Positions 1 to 15,230 of a DNA stretch of 64,000 nucleotides are shown one piece after another. This DNA is from the human T2T-CHM13v2.0 reference genome, Homo sapiens. Location: NCBI RefSeq assembly GCF_009914755.1, contig NC_060935.1; one strand, written 5' to 3'. The stretch's first letter is position 1, and each line of letters opens with the position of its first letter. A model generated the notes under the pieces. That model made no database searches, was not told where the DNA came from, and worked only from the letters and a program-made list of their open reading frames with translations. A program made the translations under genes and the position numbers.

Positions 1-101
1 TACAAAAGAGGTTTGTGTTCTTTGCAAGAAATTAAAAAGAAAGATAAAAAGAGAAAGCGTTTGTAACTTCACAAGCTAGACATGGCAACTCTTTACATTG
101 G

Positions 102-398
102 TGTGTGTGTGTTTGTGTAAGACAGGGTCTCACTCTTTTGCCCAGGTTGGAGGGCAGTGGTGCAATCATGGCTCACTGCAGCCTTGACCTCCCCGGGCTC
201 AGGTGATCCTCCAACCTCAGCCTCCTGAGTAGCTGGGACTACAGGTGCACCCCACCACACCTGGCTAATTTCAGAATTTGTTGTAGACGGTCTTGCCATG
301 TAGCCCAGCCTGGTCTGGAACTCCTGGGCTCAAGCGATCCGCCCCCCATCGGCCTCCCAGAGTGCTGGGATTACAGGCGTGAGCCACTGAGCCCGGCC
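102..398 (-). mobile_element. Alu (AluJ-like)
   Basis: Antisense Alu consensus gacagggtctcact...gagccactgagcccggcc. Confidence 0.9.
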
Positions 399-779
399 AG
401 CTTTTCACAATTTGCAGTATATATATTTTTTCTACACATTTATGTGCTTTTTAAAAGAAAAAATTACCATCTTACTGAACTAATAGTTTTGGGGCCTTTT
501 TCTACTTAGGTACATTGGTGCCTGCCATTAATTCTTGTTCTATGACATCATCTTGAGTGGCTGCATAGTGTTATATACAGTTGTATTGTTATTTAACCAG
601 TTCCTTTGTGTTGGATTTAGATGGTGGTTGGTGTTGATGCTGTTTTTGATATTAGTAACCCTTTTGTTGGTTTTGGAAATCACGAGAATGGAGGGAGGGA
701 GGTAGGGAGCCCATTCGGGCTTTGACTTCATTCAGACTTCAATTCAAATAATAAAAAGAGCAGGTAACACTTTTGAAAA

Positions 780-910
780 GCTGCAATATGTACTAGGCAC
801 TGCATTCATTGCTTTACATATAATCAGTGCCTGATTTATGAATCCTCACAGCAGCCCATAGACTAGGCACTATTTTTATCTCCATTTTACAGTTAAACAG
901 AGGCACAGCT
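780..910. mobile_element. MIR fragment within an old L1 remnant (~520-1100)
   Basis: MIR core aatcctcacagcagccc...ccattttacag...gaggcacag. Confidence 0.6.
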
Positions 911-2561
911 CTTCCACTGGTGTGGCTGGGTGCAGTCCTGTAGCTAAACCTTTGAGTACATCTCTGATTGTTTCTTAGAATAAATTCCTAAAAGTGGGGT
1001 CGCTGGCCCAGATCCGGAAGGCTATGCATATTTTAAGGCTTTGAATACATAATGGAAATGGCTTTCCAGAAAGAGTACACCAATTTATCCACCTGCCAGT
1101 GGTGTTTGAGCAGATCTGAGAAACTCCTGCCCTGCTTGAGCACTGACTGTGTGCTGGGCCCTATGCTTAGTCTTTTATACCATTTCCCTCCTCAGAGAAG
1201 AAGCTGTCCTGTGCCTGGCACAGAGTAAGCAAGAACTCAGGACATCTCAGCCAGTATGGGTGGTGGTATTATACTGTGTGTAATTTGTTGAGAAAACAAG
1301 ACACACACTTGAAAAACATCAATAATAAGGTGAAAGTGGAACAAGGGGTCCTGATGATGAGTCTTAGAGCTGGCAGAATATGAGGTGGTGGCCAGGGAAG
1401 TCTGCCTGTTGGAGGAGGCACTTGGAGAATGGGCAGGAGCACCCTGTTAAGTGACAGCTGAAAGGCTGATGAGCAGGGAGGGACCCCTTGGTAGCTTATG
1501 TTGAGCTGGAGGGGAGACGGTCGGGGAGGAAGATGGGCCCACATCAGGCGTAGGAGCTGGCTTGGGCAGAGGTGAGAAGACCTGGGAGAGAGACTGCAGG
1601 AGTCCAAGTTTGAGGCTGCACATGTGGCCTGGGGGACACCTCTAGGAATGGTGAAAAGAAAAGATGTCGGATTTTCTAGTGCTGGTAACACCCCTTCTTC
1701 CCATGAGTGCTGAAACAACAGAAAAACAGACACAGGACTCAGCTACGAGGTCAGCATATCAAGGTTATTACTGATAAGGCCGGGAGACCTTGGCTTACCT
1801 CCATGACCACAGTCAGACTTCTTGATATGCCTTCACCCTATCAAGGCCTCAGGGTACCCCATCCGAGGAAACAGTCTGTGCTGCAGGCCCGGTCTCTGCC
1901 AGCCGCCAGGAGGATCGCTGCCTCCCTTGGTGAGCCTGCGAGTGGGGAGCGGAGGAGGTGGGCCTCCAGGTGTGCTTCTCAAAGGTGGATGCTGGCCCTT
2001 CCCCATGGAGGACGCAGGAGCTGGGCAGCGGGCACTCTCTGTAGACAAGCAGCTCAGAGTGGCCAGGAAAGGGCCAGATTCCCTATGCCCCCAGCTCAGC
2101 TCCTTCTCCCAAGCTGCTTATAAGTCATTCCTCCGCTCTCGGGAAAGAGAGTTAGGGAGGCTGGGAAAAGGATGGAAGCTGCCTTTCCGATATTCTTCCC
2201 TCTTGGGAATGGAGCGTTCCTCTCCTCATTGCAACACAAGGTAGGAGAGGCAGCCACTGCCCCCATGCTGGCTGTTGCTCATCCCAGCCCAATCCAAGAT
2301 GCTTCAGAGGAAAGACTGCCAGCAACCAGCCAGGCAGGATGGTGCTGTGGTGGCAATTTTAGTCCAGTAGACCTGGTTCTAGTTCCAGCTCCTCCACTGA
2401 CTGCTACATGGCCTTTGGCAAATTCTTAGCCTGAGTTTCCCCATCTTCTATAAAACAGAGTTGTTCAATTGAGAGAGACAAAATGTATCCGTCTCAGTAC
2501 CGGCAGCTATTCTTATGAAATAGTGTGTGAATGCGAAGGAAAGAGCTTGTGTGGCCTTGAT

Positions 2562-3196
2562 TTTTGTTGTTGTTTTTTGCTTTTGTTTTGAGACAGGGTC
2601 TTCCTTTGTTACCCAGGCTGGAGTCATTGGCACAGTCATGGCTCACTGCAGCCTTAATCTCCTAAGCTCAAATGATCCTCCTACCTCAGCCTCCTAAGTA
2701 GCTGGGACTATAGGCACATGCCATCATGCGCAGCTAATTTTTAACATTTATTTATTTATTTATTTTACTTTATTTTGAGATGGAGTTTCACTCTTTTGCC
2801 CAGACTGGAGTGAAGTGGCACGATCTTGGCCCACTGTAAACTCTGCCCCTGGGTTCAAGCAATTCTCCTCCCTCAGCGTCTTGAGTAGCTGGGATTACAG
2901 GCACCTGCCACCACGCCCGGCTCATTTTTGTATTTTTAGTAGAGATGGGGTTTCGCCATGTTGGCCAGGCTGGTCTAGAACTCCTGACCTCAGGTGATCC
3001 ACCCACCTTGGCTTCCCAAAATGCTAGGATTACAGGCATGAGCCACCATGCCCGACCGCTAATTTTTAAATTTTTTGTAGAGATGAGGTCTTGCTACATG
3101 GCTCAGGCTGGTTTCAAACTCCTGGCCTCAAGTGATCCTCCCTCCTCAGGCCTCCCAGAGTGCTGGGATTACAGGTGTGAACCACCGTACCTGGCC
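2562..3196 (-). mobile_element. AluJ split by a nested AluS (2746-3057)
   Basis: TSD gctaatttttaa at 2733-2744 and 3058-3069 flanks the inner Alu. Confidence 0.9.
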
Positions 3197-3686
3197 TCTT
3201 GTGTGGGCTTTGGGCAGGTCTTACAGCCATGGAGCAACGTCTGTGTAGACGTGTTGAGAGCAAGGACTTGGGGAAAGGGAGGACCCAGCCTGACCAAGAG
3301 AGACTGAGGAGGAGGGTGGAAGGGAGGGCAGAGAGGGACCTCAATCTGAGCCATTCTGACTGTTGGTGGGAAGAGGAAACGCAGAGAAAGCAACAGAGAA
3401 GGAGCAGCCCTGAGAGGAAGGCACTCCCGAGAGTGTCTGTCCCAGCAGTCAGAGGCAGGGCCGGATTCCCACCTGGCCCCCAGCCCCTGTGAAGCCCTGG
3501 ATTCTTCCCCTCTAGCCTGGGGTAAGGCCTGGCAAGGTGGTCAGTGTCCAGAAAGACAGTAAGAAACCTGGCCTGTGTCCTGGCATAGAACACTCTGGAT
3601 CTTTGTCCTGCCTCTGGCTCCTGGGAAAAGCCTCTTCCTGCCCTTGGTCTCAGTTTTCCCATCTGTAAAATGTAGGGGTTGAGCCA

Positions 3687-4092
3687 TGATATGGTTTGAA
3701 TATTTGTCCCCTCCAGATCTCATGTTGAAATGTGACTCCCAGTGTTGGACCGGGCCTGGTGGGAGGTGTTTGGATCATGGGGGTGGATCCCTCATGAATG
3801 GCTTGGTGCCCTCCCCATGGTAATGAGTGAGTTCTTGCTCTGTTATTTCACGCTAGAACTGGTTAATTAAAACAGCCAGGTATCGCTCTTGCTCCCTCTG
3901 TCACTGTGTGATATATGCCTGATCCTGCTTCACTTTCTACCATGAATAAAAGCTTCCTGAGGCTTCACCAGAGCCAAGCAGATGCTAGTGCTGTGCTTGT
4001 ACAGCCTGCGGAATTGTATACAGAACCTCTTTTCTGTACACATTACTCAGTCTCAGGTAGTCCTTTATAGCTATGCAAAATGGACTAATACA
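3687..4092 (+). mobile_element. MST-family MaLR solo LTR
   Basis: tgatatggtttg...ctaataca termini; degenerate 5-bp TSD agcca/aacca. Confidence 0.85.
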
Positions 4093-4099
4093 AACCAAC

Positions 4100-4355
4100 T
4101 TAAAAATTGTTTTTAGCTCCTTTGACCACAACCCATGGTAAAAAAGAAAAAAAGTTTTCACACACACACACACATGCACACACGCACACACACTAAAACT
4201 AAAGCTTCATGAAACAATACTGTATGTACTGTATGGCATATGTTTACTCTGATGTTTTGTGTTCCATTGTATATTGTTTAAAAATGCTGACCATGGCCCC
4301 CAAACTGATTGTACAGCCCGTTGATGAGCCACACTCCGTGGTCTGAAAACACTGA
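4100..4355. mobile_element. hAT-Charlie-type DNA transposon remnant (MER119-like)
   Basis: Ends in ...tgaaaacactg; internal CA tract; family recalled from consensus. Confidence 0.4.
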
Positions 4356-5580
4356 CCCAGCTCATCTAGAAGGTTCCTTCCTGCTCTGGCAGGCTGTAGT
4401 TCTGTTCCATTTCCTGTGGCCTTACGACCCCATCAGCCAAGTCTTTGTGGTTTTCTTCTTTGTACTCTTCTAACAGTGATTTCCAATCTCAGACTCTGCA
4501 CTGAAGGCATGGTCATGAGCCCAGCTGCTGGAGGTGTACCCCCCACGCCCCTGTCTGAGCAGCGTGAGGCCTTCGAAGCCGCCTGCTGGGGCGTCATGAG
4601 TGGGGAGGGGCCTTCATGCCTTCTGCCATCATCACAGAGTAGGTTTGGGTGTCATCCACACTCCCCTCCATGCCCCACCGCAAGACTCTACTGCATCAGT
4701 CTATTCCCTGGAAAAATGGTTGGGATTTAGAGTCTGGCTGCCAGTTAGAATTCTAGACCCTTCCCAGGCCCAGCTAGCTCCCTCTTCACCCTCTCCCTCT
4801 GCCCACTGAACCCCTCCCTGGGCAGGTCCAGGGGTCACCACTGTGGGAGGTGCTGATGGGTGAAAAGAGCTTTGGCAGCAGATTGACCTGGGTTTGCATC
4901 CCAGCGCCACTTCTGCCTGGCTGTGTGGCCTTGGGAAAGTTCCCTGACATCTCTGAGCCTCTTTCCTTGAACAAAGCTTGGAGATAGTCGTACTGCTCTG
5001 GGAAGATACATTTAAGGGTGAGATGATAGGCACAAAGTGCTTTTTGTTGGTGCCTGGCAAGAGTTAGGTGCTCAGGAAAAATTCATGCCTTTAAATCTCG
5101 TCCCCTGCGCGTCCCTTTAAGGGAATGGCTGGAGAAATGACAGCTGTTGCCATCTTGAATAAAGTAGGGGAAGATGCCTTCCACAGGGGGGCAACATCAG
5201 GAAGAGGCTGTCTCAAACAGGGTGCACCAGGAGTAATCCCATCCAGCCCCAAACCTGTCCTAAAAGTGCAGAGCCCAGTGCAGCAGCACCCTGGTGTTCA
5301 CAGGGGCAGCCTGAGGCTGTGTCTGAGGAGAAGCACAGGCAGGCCTTAGGGAGAACGGGCTCTGGGACCCCAAAAGTGGGCCCATAAGGATGACGGTGTG
5401 TCCTATCCTGGGGCCAGGCTTAGAACCTTAAATGACAGGGCATCATTGCGACCCTAATTCTTGGAATCCATTAAAAAATTCACCCTCCTGTGTGGCCTCA
5501 TTTTATCTCAGTATGTTTTCAAAAATGTCTGGTGAGATCCTCATGACTGCCACCCAGGGAGAAGGATGGGGCACAAATGA

Positions 5581-5921
<341 letters not shown>

Positions 5922-8900
5922 GAGAAGAACTTTCTAGCAAACACCAGAACCAAAGTATCGGAGCAGGCAGTCCTGAGATGCTGTTTGCGTGCCCTCATGC
6001 TGTTACCCCTTACCAAGGCTTCGTGAAAGTCGTCTTTGCAGGTGTCCTCAGCACCCACAGCACTTTTGTTTTGGTGCCCAACCACAGTAGTAAATTGTTG
6101 AAAGGTGGATTTGAACCAAGCTGGAGATAGACAAGGGATGTAAACACCTCCATCACCAGGCCATGCCAGGGAAGCTGCTTCCCAGAACTCGGAAGCGGTT
6201 CCTTCCAGGGCTCCTGACTCAATAGCCACCCCCTTTGTCACCTCAGCTCCTGATAGCTGCAGAGCCTAGGGCTCTGAGAGCCAAAGTGACTTGCCCTGGG
6301 CCACACAGCTCTAATAGCAGAGGCTGGAGGCGCTTTGGAGGGCTGCGCTGTGTAGCTGGGGCTTGGTACTACCTGGGAAAACCTCTGACCCTCTTGCTTC
6401 TGCGTTTCTGGCTCCAGCTGCCCTCTTCTCTGTTTTTCCAGTAGGCAGAAGACTCTGCTTCCAAGGGAGAGACTTATACTTTAACCTTGGAGCATAAGGT
6501 AAGTCCCTCAGGCTTGCTTTATGGAATCATGGTACTGGCTCATGGTTTGGTAGGAGCAGCGAAACTTCTCAGAATGCGAGGCTACAAGCCCAGTCTCTAT
6601 GCTTACTAGCTGGCGGATGTCCCTGGACCTCAGTGTCCCTGTCCACATATGAGGGAGTAATGTCAGATGGACCTAGTCCAGAGAACCAGCCCTCCCAGGG
6701 GGCAGCCAGGCTCAAGGTAAAGTCCAGGATGGGGTCCCATCCTGACTCCACCCTGCCTTGCCGCTGGCTGTGTGACCTTGGTCTTGTTCCCTCCCCTCTC
6801 TGGTCTTCTCTGTCTTCATCTCAAAAGACAGCAAAGATATTCCTGTTTTGCTGAAGTCAGAGGGGTGAAACTACTTTGCAAAGCTTAAGGGCCAAAAATT
6901 GTGAGGGATTTTCTTCTCAGCCATGTAAAGATTCTCAGACCAGTGGTCCCAGAAGAGGAACACTCAGGCCTGCAAGAAAGCATGTGGGAAGGGCTGAGCC
7001 ACAGACCCTGGGTGGGTGAAGCTGTGCCGGAAAGCAGAACCTTGGCAGGGAAATGAGCTCTCGTTACTCACATCAGCACCCCAGGTCCACAGGCTGGGCT
7101 TGATTCTTGGGAGGTCTTCTTGGGAGGTCTCCCTGGGCTGTGGCTCCCTCAGAGTCCCCAAGAGTCTCCCTGCCCCTGACTCCACCCTGGTGTTCCCTGG
7201 GACTCATCCTGGGAGTCAGGGGTGCCAGGGTGCCTCCTCCGGTGGGACCAGCCCTGCCATGGCAGCCGCTGCAGCTGGTATCCCATTGCAGTGTTACAGT
7301 GAGGCTCAGATTACACAGTGAGCTCATCCCAGCATGAATGGGGCCACCGGGGCGGGGCACTGGAAACTGATGGACCGATGAGGGGGCTGTCACTGGGGGT
7401 CTCCCTGGACCCTCTCCCTCCCTCCCTCTCTCCCTCTCTGTGTGTCTTGGACTCTCTTCTTCCCTGTCTCTCTCTCCCTCTCCTCTCTCTCCCTCTCGTG
7501 CACACTGACAACCCTTCTTGGAGATTGCCTGGGATTGTCATGGCAACCCTCCAGCAAAATTATCGAAACACTTTTATGCTCCCAATCGTACCAGACGAAG
7601 TGCTAATTCTGAGTAAGGCTGAAGCAGTTGGTTAAATGCTGAAGTCACAGGCTTTGTGTGGAGGGCCCCCTGCGGGTGGAGTGCGCACCAGTGGGAGGTG
7701 AGGGCCGGGACAGGGGGCAGGACCACCCGAAAAAGACTCAGTCTCTCGCCTGCTAGAGATGTTGTGTGTGTTGCTTTCCTGTCCCCACCCCTTATGCCAC
7801 ATTCACATTTGCATTCCACACACACACGCGCACACACATGCACACACACACACGTACAAGCGGTGGCTGGGCCAAACACACCCAAAGTGTAGATGGACCC
7901 AAACAGTACCACCTGGAATAATCATCACCTCATTCAGTGCTTGGAACTCTGAGACCCACTCTAGGGAGAGTTCTGGGTGAGGCGGGGGATGGCCAGTTGC
8001 CCAGTGCATCTAGCTGGCACCGGGTCTGAGCTAGGGCAACAGCAGCTGTGGGAAGGGGCCTGACCTTCCTGCCTACCCCCCAGGGAAAAGCAGAGGAGGA
8101 CCTGTGAACGTTCTGCCCCAACCTGGTTCTTCCCACCTTGATGTGCATCCCGGGACACACTGCATCCCTGCTCCCCTGTGACTCACGCCCAGGTTACCAT
8201 AGGCTGCCTTGGAAACAAAGCCCTGCTAATGGCTGAAGAACTGGTGGTTGCTTTTTTAAAATCCCAGCTCTGCCCAGAAGCCAAAGTGTGGGTAGGGACG
8301 ATGGGGGAGGTGGTGCACAAGGCCCTCCCCTCTCTGCTTCCATCTCCCCACCCCATCTGCTTCCCCAGGACACCCCTCCATGGAAGCCAGCCTTCCCCTG
8401 CAGCCCCGGCACAGGCTGCTCTGGCTGAAGGGGAGGCATCTACTCCTGTGAATGGGTCCCCTCATCCTCCAGAGGATTCTCGGATGTTAGAGCAAGAGGG
8501 ACCCCCGGCGAATCAGAGTCTGGCCTCCTTGCTTCCCGGATGGGGGAACCGTGGCTCAGAGATTGGAAGCAATGGTTCAAGGCCACAGAGTGTGTACACG
8601 CACACACACGCACACACACATGTACAAGCGGTGGCTGGGCCAAACACACCCAAAGTGTAGATCGACCCAAACAACCAACCTGCAACCAGGCTTCTGGATT
8701 CCAGGCCAGTGCTGTTCTCATTGCACCAGAGAGACCACAGGATGGGGTGGTGCAAGCAGTGAGCACCAATTTCAGAGGCAGGCAGGCCTGGCCTTGAATG
8801 CTGGCTTCAGTGCTCAGCACTTAGTGTAGCCCTGATCAGCCCCCCAGCCCCCTGAGTCCTCAGCTGTAAAGTGGGGTGATGCTAGGGTCCCTCTGGAAGG

Positions 8901-8992
8901 ACACAGTGAGGACAACTTTAATGAGGTGGGATGTGCACGTGCAAAGCACAGTTGGCAAAAGGCCAGACACAGAGTGAGTGTTCGACAGATGA

Positions 8993-9143
8993 CTTTTATT
9001 TTTATTTTTTATTTTTTTTAGAGATGTGGTCTCACTATGTTACTATGTTGCTCAGGCTGGCCGGAAACTCCCGGGCTCAAGTGATCCTCTAGCCTCAGAC
9101 TCCTGAGTAACTGGGACTGCAGACATGCGCCACCATGCCCAGC
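8993..9143 (-). mobile_element. Alu monomer (FLAM-like)
   Basis: Single antisense monomer; flanking direct repeat a(g/a)atgac. Confidence 0.8.
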
Positions 9144-9802
9144 AACAAATGACATTTCTGTGTCCTTCCTCTGTAGCCCCAGAGCTACAGACCTGCTGAG
9201 AAGAGGGACTGTCCTACATCCCTTTTAAGGGCCGACCCCTGTCCCGGGGTGGCTGGGTGAGGCCATGTAGCCTGTCCTGGAAAAGCCCACACTGACCCCT
9301 CCCACAGCTCTGAGCCCCTGCAAACCCAGCAAGTCCCAGAGGGCAAGAGGAAGCAGGACCCCCGATGCTGGGCAGGTCCCCAGTACCTAATCCCCCCAGG
9401 CCTGCCCACCCTTTGCATCTTGGCTGTCAGGCCTTTGGAGGAAAGAAAAATGTTGAAAGAGGTGTTGATATCCGCCAAGGTCCCCGAGGGCCACGTTTGG
9501 GCATCAGCAGTAACAACACCCCAACCTGGTTCACTTCTGCTGTGTGGAACTCCACCCTTGGAGATATGATTAGAGTGCAGCGTTGCTCGGGCTGGCTTCC
9601 TCTTTTAAATTGTGAGTCAGGCAGGAGGGTATAAGCCACCAAAACCCCCAAATGCCCTCTGAAGCAGGAATTTCTTGGAACCTTTCCCTGATATCTTCTC
9701 AACCAAGTTGGGGGCTGGGTAGGTTTGAGGAGGAGATCATAAAAGCAAAAGGAACTTTTATTTTATGCTTACAACATGCCGGGTACTGTGCTAGGCGCTT
9801 TC

Positions 9803-9949
9803 CTACACACTGGCACCCAGGGGCATTGCTTCTACACACTGGCACCCAGGGGCATTGCTTCTACACACTGGCACCCAGGGGCATTGCTTCTACACACTGG
9901 CACCCAGGGGCATTGCTTCTACACACTGGCACCCAGGGGCATTGCTTCT
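9803..9949. repeat. 29-bp minisatellite, 5 perfect copies
   Basis: Unit ctacacactggcacccaggggcattgctt starting at 9803, 9832, 9861, 9890, 9919. Confidence 0.97.
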
Positions 9950-11129
9950 GCTTTCCAGGTGCGGAAGGCCCACCAAGGTCACAGAATGAGTCCATGGCGG
10001 CACTTAGGTTAGAATCTAGGTCTGTGTTCTCCTTACCTGATGGTGGCCTTTGGCTGGCTCCTTGGGCAGGGAAGGGCAGAGAAGGCATAAAAAGGCAACG
10101 GCGGGGAGGAGTGGTCCTGGCCCTAGGGACATCCTGAGGTGGGGGAGTCATGGCTGGGGAGGGTGGGTGGTAAGCCCCGGGGATCTAGGCAGTATGGGAG
10201 CTCGGTCCTCCATGGGAGGTTCAATTTCCCCACCCCCCCCTCCTGCCCTCTTCTAAGAGGCCCTCAGTGAGCAGGGCCCAAGACCCAGGAGGGGATGATC
10301 TTATTGCTACTTTGGGACCTCTGCTATGAAGCACGCACCCTCTTTCTTATTTTCACTGCCCTGGGCCAGGATGGGGAACCTCCCATCCAGGGGAGTGGAG
10401 GGAGTTGACTTAGGGTACCCTAGTCCCCAGCCTCAGAATTTGGGGTCCAGAGGAGCTGTGTGTGTTGGAGACAGTGTAGCCCCTTGGCTGGCCTGTCAGG
10501 AGCCGTGGAAGCAGGGCACATGTGGTAGCAGTCCATGCCACAGGGACCTCTGCATGCCAGCTCTGTGCTGGGTGCTGGAAAGGCAGTGGCCAACAATGAC
10601 CACCTAGTGGGGAAGGCGGACAGTACAGTGTCAACAGACAAGAAGACCCTTTAGATAATGACAAACATGCCATGAAAGAAAGGGGGACAGAGAGACTGAG
10701 GGGCAGCCGTCAGTAGGGTGGCTAGGCGAGGCTTCTTCAAGGAGGTAACATCTGAGCTGAGAACTCTGCAGGGCAGACAGTCAAGTGGCTTGTCCAAGCT
10801 CACACAGTAAGTTCTGGGGAAGCCAGACTAGCACACGTCTCTAGACTCCCTTCGAGTGGTCTCCCTGCTCCTAGAAACATCCTTCTCTTGGATTCTGACA
10901 TGTCTTCCTGTTTTCCTCCTACCCTGTTGAACACTGCTTCTCTGAGTCCTTGGCTGACTCATCCTCTTTCCAGTGCTGGACTGTTCCAGCCCTCCTCTGG
11001 AATGTGGGCCTCCACCCCGCCCCCTCCAAAACTGCCACCTCCACCCCTCACCTCTCCCCTAGCTTCAGTGGCCTGCTTGACATCTCCACCTGGATGTCGA
11101 AGGGTCTCTTAGAACAATGCTAAGTCCAT

Positions 11130-11500
11130 ATAATAGAGACCCCAAGTTAGAGTAGTTTAAAAAGATTCAGTTGATTGTTCACTCCTGTAATCGTTACAGG
11201 GGAAGTGCTTCAGGTTGGTGGATAGCTCAGCTCCACGTGGTCATTTAGGGACTCGGACTAATGATGGTGCTGCTATCTTTAACGTGAGAGTTCCAGAATC
11301 TCTCTGGTTATTGCTCTTCTGGCCAGTGTGAGGGGAAAAACACAGAAGTCTAGGGCAGGAATTTCTTCTTAATCGAGTGAGGCAGAAGTTGAGCATACTT
11401 CTCACATTCCACAGATGAGAGTTTAGACACATGGCCTCCTAGCTGCAAGGAGAGTTGGGTCATGCCACAGCTGGGTGGATAGCTAGCCATCTCTGTCACA
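11130..11500 (-). mobile_element. Old MLT1-type MaLR LTR remnant
   Basis: Motifs ...ctcacattcca...cacatggcc...ctagctgcaagga typical of late MLT1 subfamilies. Confidence 0.5.
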
Positions 11501-11863
11501 GTCTGTCCTCGAGAACAGTGAGGACTTGCCTGCCCTGGCAGCGGAGGAGGTTCTCTGGGGGGGTGACCCCTTATTCTGTGTCTCCCTGACCTTGGCTTTG
11601 CCCTTCAACATTGCTTGCCTGTCATTCTCCACAACCACCGACAGGGTGTTGAGAGTCTACCCTCCTTAGATGCTGACTCGGGCTTGAGCAATCATGGGCT
11701 TTTGCAGTCCAGCCTTGCAATTTTGTTGGTGATAACAATTCCTTCAGAAACATAGTAGGCTTCATCTTTAGTCAGTTCCTTGAGCCGTGACCACATCCAA
11801 AGTTCCTTTCTTGACAGAGTTATGAAGTCTATCTTCCATACCCTTCTGTTTCCCATTCATTTA

Positions 11864-12182
<319 letters not shown>

Positions 12183-12803
12183 GAAGGCTATCCTAAGGAC
12201 ATCCTAAATAACAGACTTAGATGTAATACCCTTAATATAATACTTTGCCACAGGGGCGATTTCTTTGTTTGGTTTAAAGTTTGGCCTAAGAGACAGGCTT
12301 TGAGAGAGGCTCTGAGCCACGATAGTCTGACTTCCTGCTCCTTGGACAAAACCAGTTGGCTTTTTCAATGCTGAGGACACCAGTTTTCTGAATTCTCTGT
12401 ATTTCTGTGTATCTCGTCTTGCAAACTGGCCAATCTCTTTCTTGTAATATTTTGCTAAAAGCAACATCAAGCAGCCAACACATGCAAATGGCTTCAGCTC
12501 TTTCCAACCATTTTTCTAGAATTATAGGCTCAATAGGCATGTGGGCTGTCTTCCAAATGATCACAGGTGACATTTGCAATAAATATTTTGTCCCAGCATA
12601 ACAAGGTTCACCAGCTTCTCATCCTCTAATATGTTTCCATCTTGCTCACCACCTATTGGCTAAGCCAATGCCACATATTTGAGGGGTTTTATACATGGCA
12701 GTTTCCCACTCCTGGTATAAATTTCTATAAGGAGCTACAAAGTACAGTGGTTTTAAGGTTATAGAAATTGCTTTTTCTCTCACATAATACAGTTCTGATG
12801 TGA

Positions 12804-13349
<546 letters not shown>

Positions 13350-13416
13350 TGACCATTTCCTACATCTCCATTGCCTCTACCCTAATCCAAGCCTTCAGTG
13401 TTGTGAGGTCACATAA

Positions 13417-13638
<222 letters not shown>

Positions 13639-13696
13639 TGAGTTTTGAAAAACATAAATTGGAGCATGCATTAAGATGCCTTACTGTTGCCCTTAG

Positions 13697-14010
<314 letters not shown>

Positions 14011-14029
14011 TGAAATTCTAACTTTGTAA

Positions 14030-15230
14030 CCTGCCACTAAGGCCTCAAGTGATTGTCCCCCCTTCCCATCCCCCTCTCTCACTCTGCTTTAGCCAACAAG
14101 CCTCCTTGCTGTTTGTTCTTCGAATACACCAAGTGTATTCTTGCCTTAGCGTCTTTGCACTAAGACTCCCTCTGCCCAGACACTCTCTTCCCACCTTGTC
14201 ACATGACTGGTTCCATCTTTGTCCATTGCAGGGCAAACCGCTGCAGTGTAGTGGCTCAGGAGCCACGCTGCTGGGGTTTGAATCTCAGCTCTTGCTACTT
14301 CCTGCTGTGGGACCTTGGGGCAAGTTTTCTTAGCTTCTCTGTGCCTTGACTTTTCTACCTGTAAATGGCGATAAGAAATGTATGGTATTTGTTACCCAGG
14401 GTGGTTGGGAGGATTAAATAATATAGTGAACACATTGAGTTCACGCATCAAAAGTGTGCAGAGCATGGCCATACTAAGCACTTAGCATGTTATTATTGCC
14501 CTTCTGGTGGCAGCTTAAATATCCAGGCTCTGAGCAGCCTTTCCTGGTCCCGTGCTCTAAGCATCTCACCACCTGCATCCCCAGCTCATCGCCCTACTTT
14601 ATTTCACCACAAAACATGTTCTTCTTCGTGTGTGTATCATCTGTCTCTCCCCACAACACCCCACTCCCATTAGAATGTAACTTTCATGAGGGCCAGGACT
14701 GTACCTTTCTTGTTGGCTTCCATGCCTTTCCTGAGCAGGAAAGTAACTTCTCAGTAAATCTGTGTTGAGTGGATACGGAAAGGACGGAGGCCAAATCCCA
14801 CTGACCCCCTCCTTTTTGGGTGGCCCTGTGAGCCCTGCTGGGTGCCTGTCAGTGCCCCACATCTCAAGCCCACTTGGCCATGGCCAGGCTCACAGTTTCC
14901 TCTTGGGAGTCCCAGGACATAGGGCAGGGACTGCCCTGTGGACCTGCTCTTAGAGACCTTGGGAACACTGGTGAGATTTAGCTCAGGGTACTCACCCTCA
15001 GCAGGGGGCTGTCAGAGCATGGACTCTGGAGTCAGCCCATCTGTTTCCATCAGATACTAGTGGACCAGTTACTTATCCCCTCTGTGCCTGGTTTTCCCAT
15101 ATGTAAAAATGAGAGAATACCAATTACCTCATAGGGCTGCTGCTGTGAAGATTAAACAGGATAATATACGTAAAACAGAGCTCATGGTTGGCTTGGAGTA
15201 AAGCTCTCCAGATGGTAGCTATTATTGTTG
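14030..15230. mobile_element. L2 and MIR remnants
   Basis: MIR cores at ~14245-14500 and ~15010-15230; L2-like 3' fragments around them. Confidence 0.55.

Noticed and set aside
9803-9949. 29-bp direct repeats resembling a CRISPR array
   Set aside because: Units are head-to-tail with no spacers, there are no cas genes, and the context is eukaryotic; it is a minisatellite
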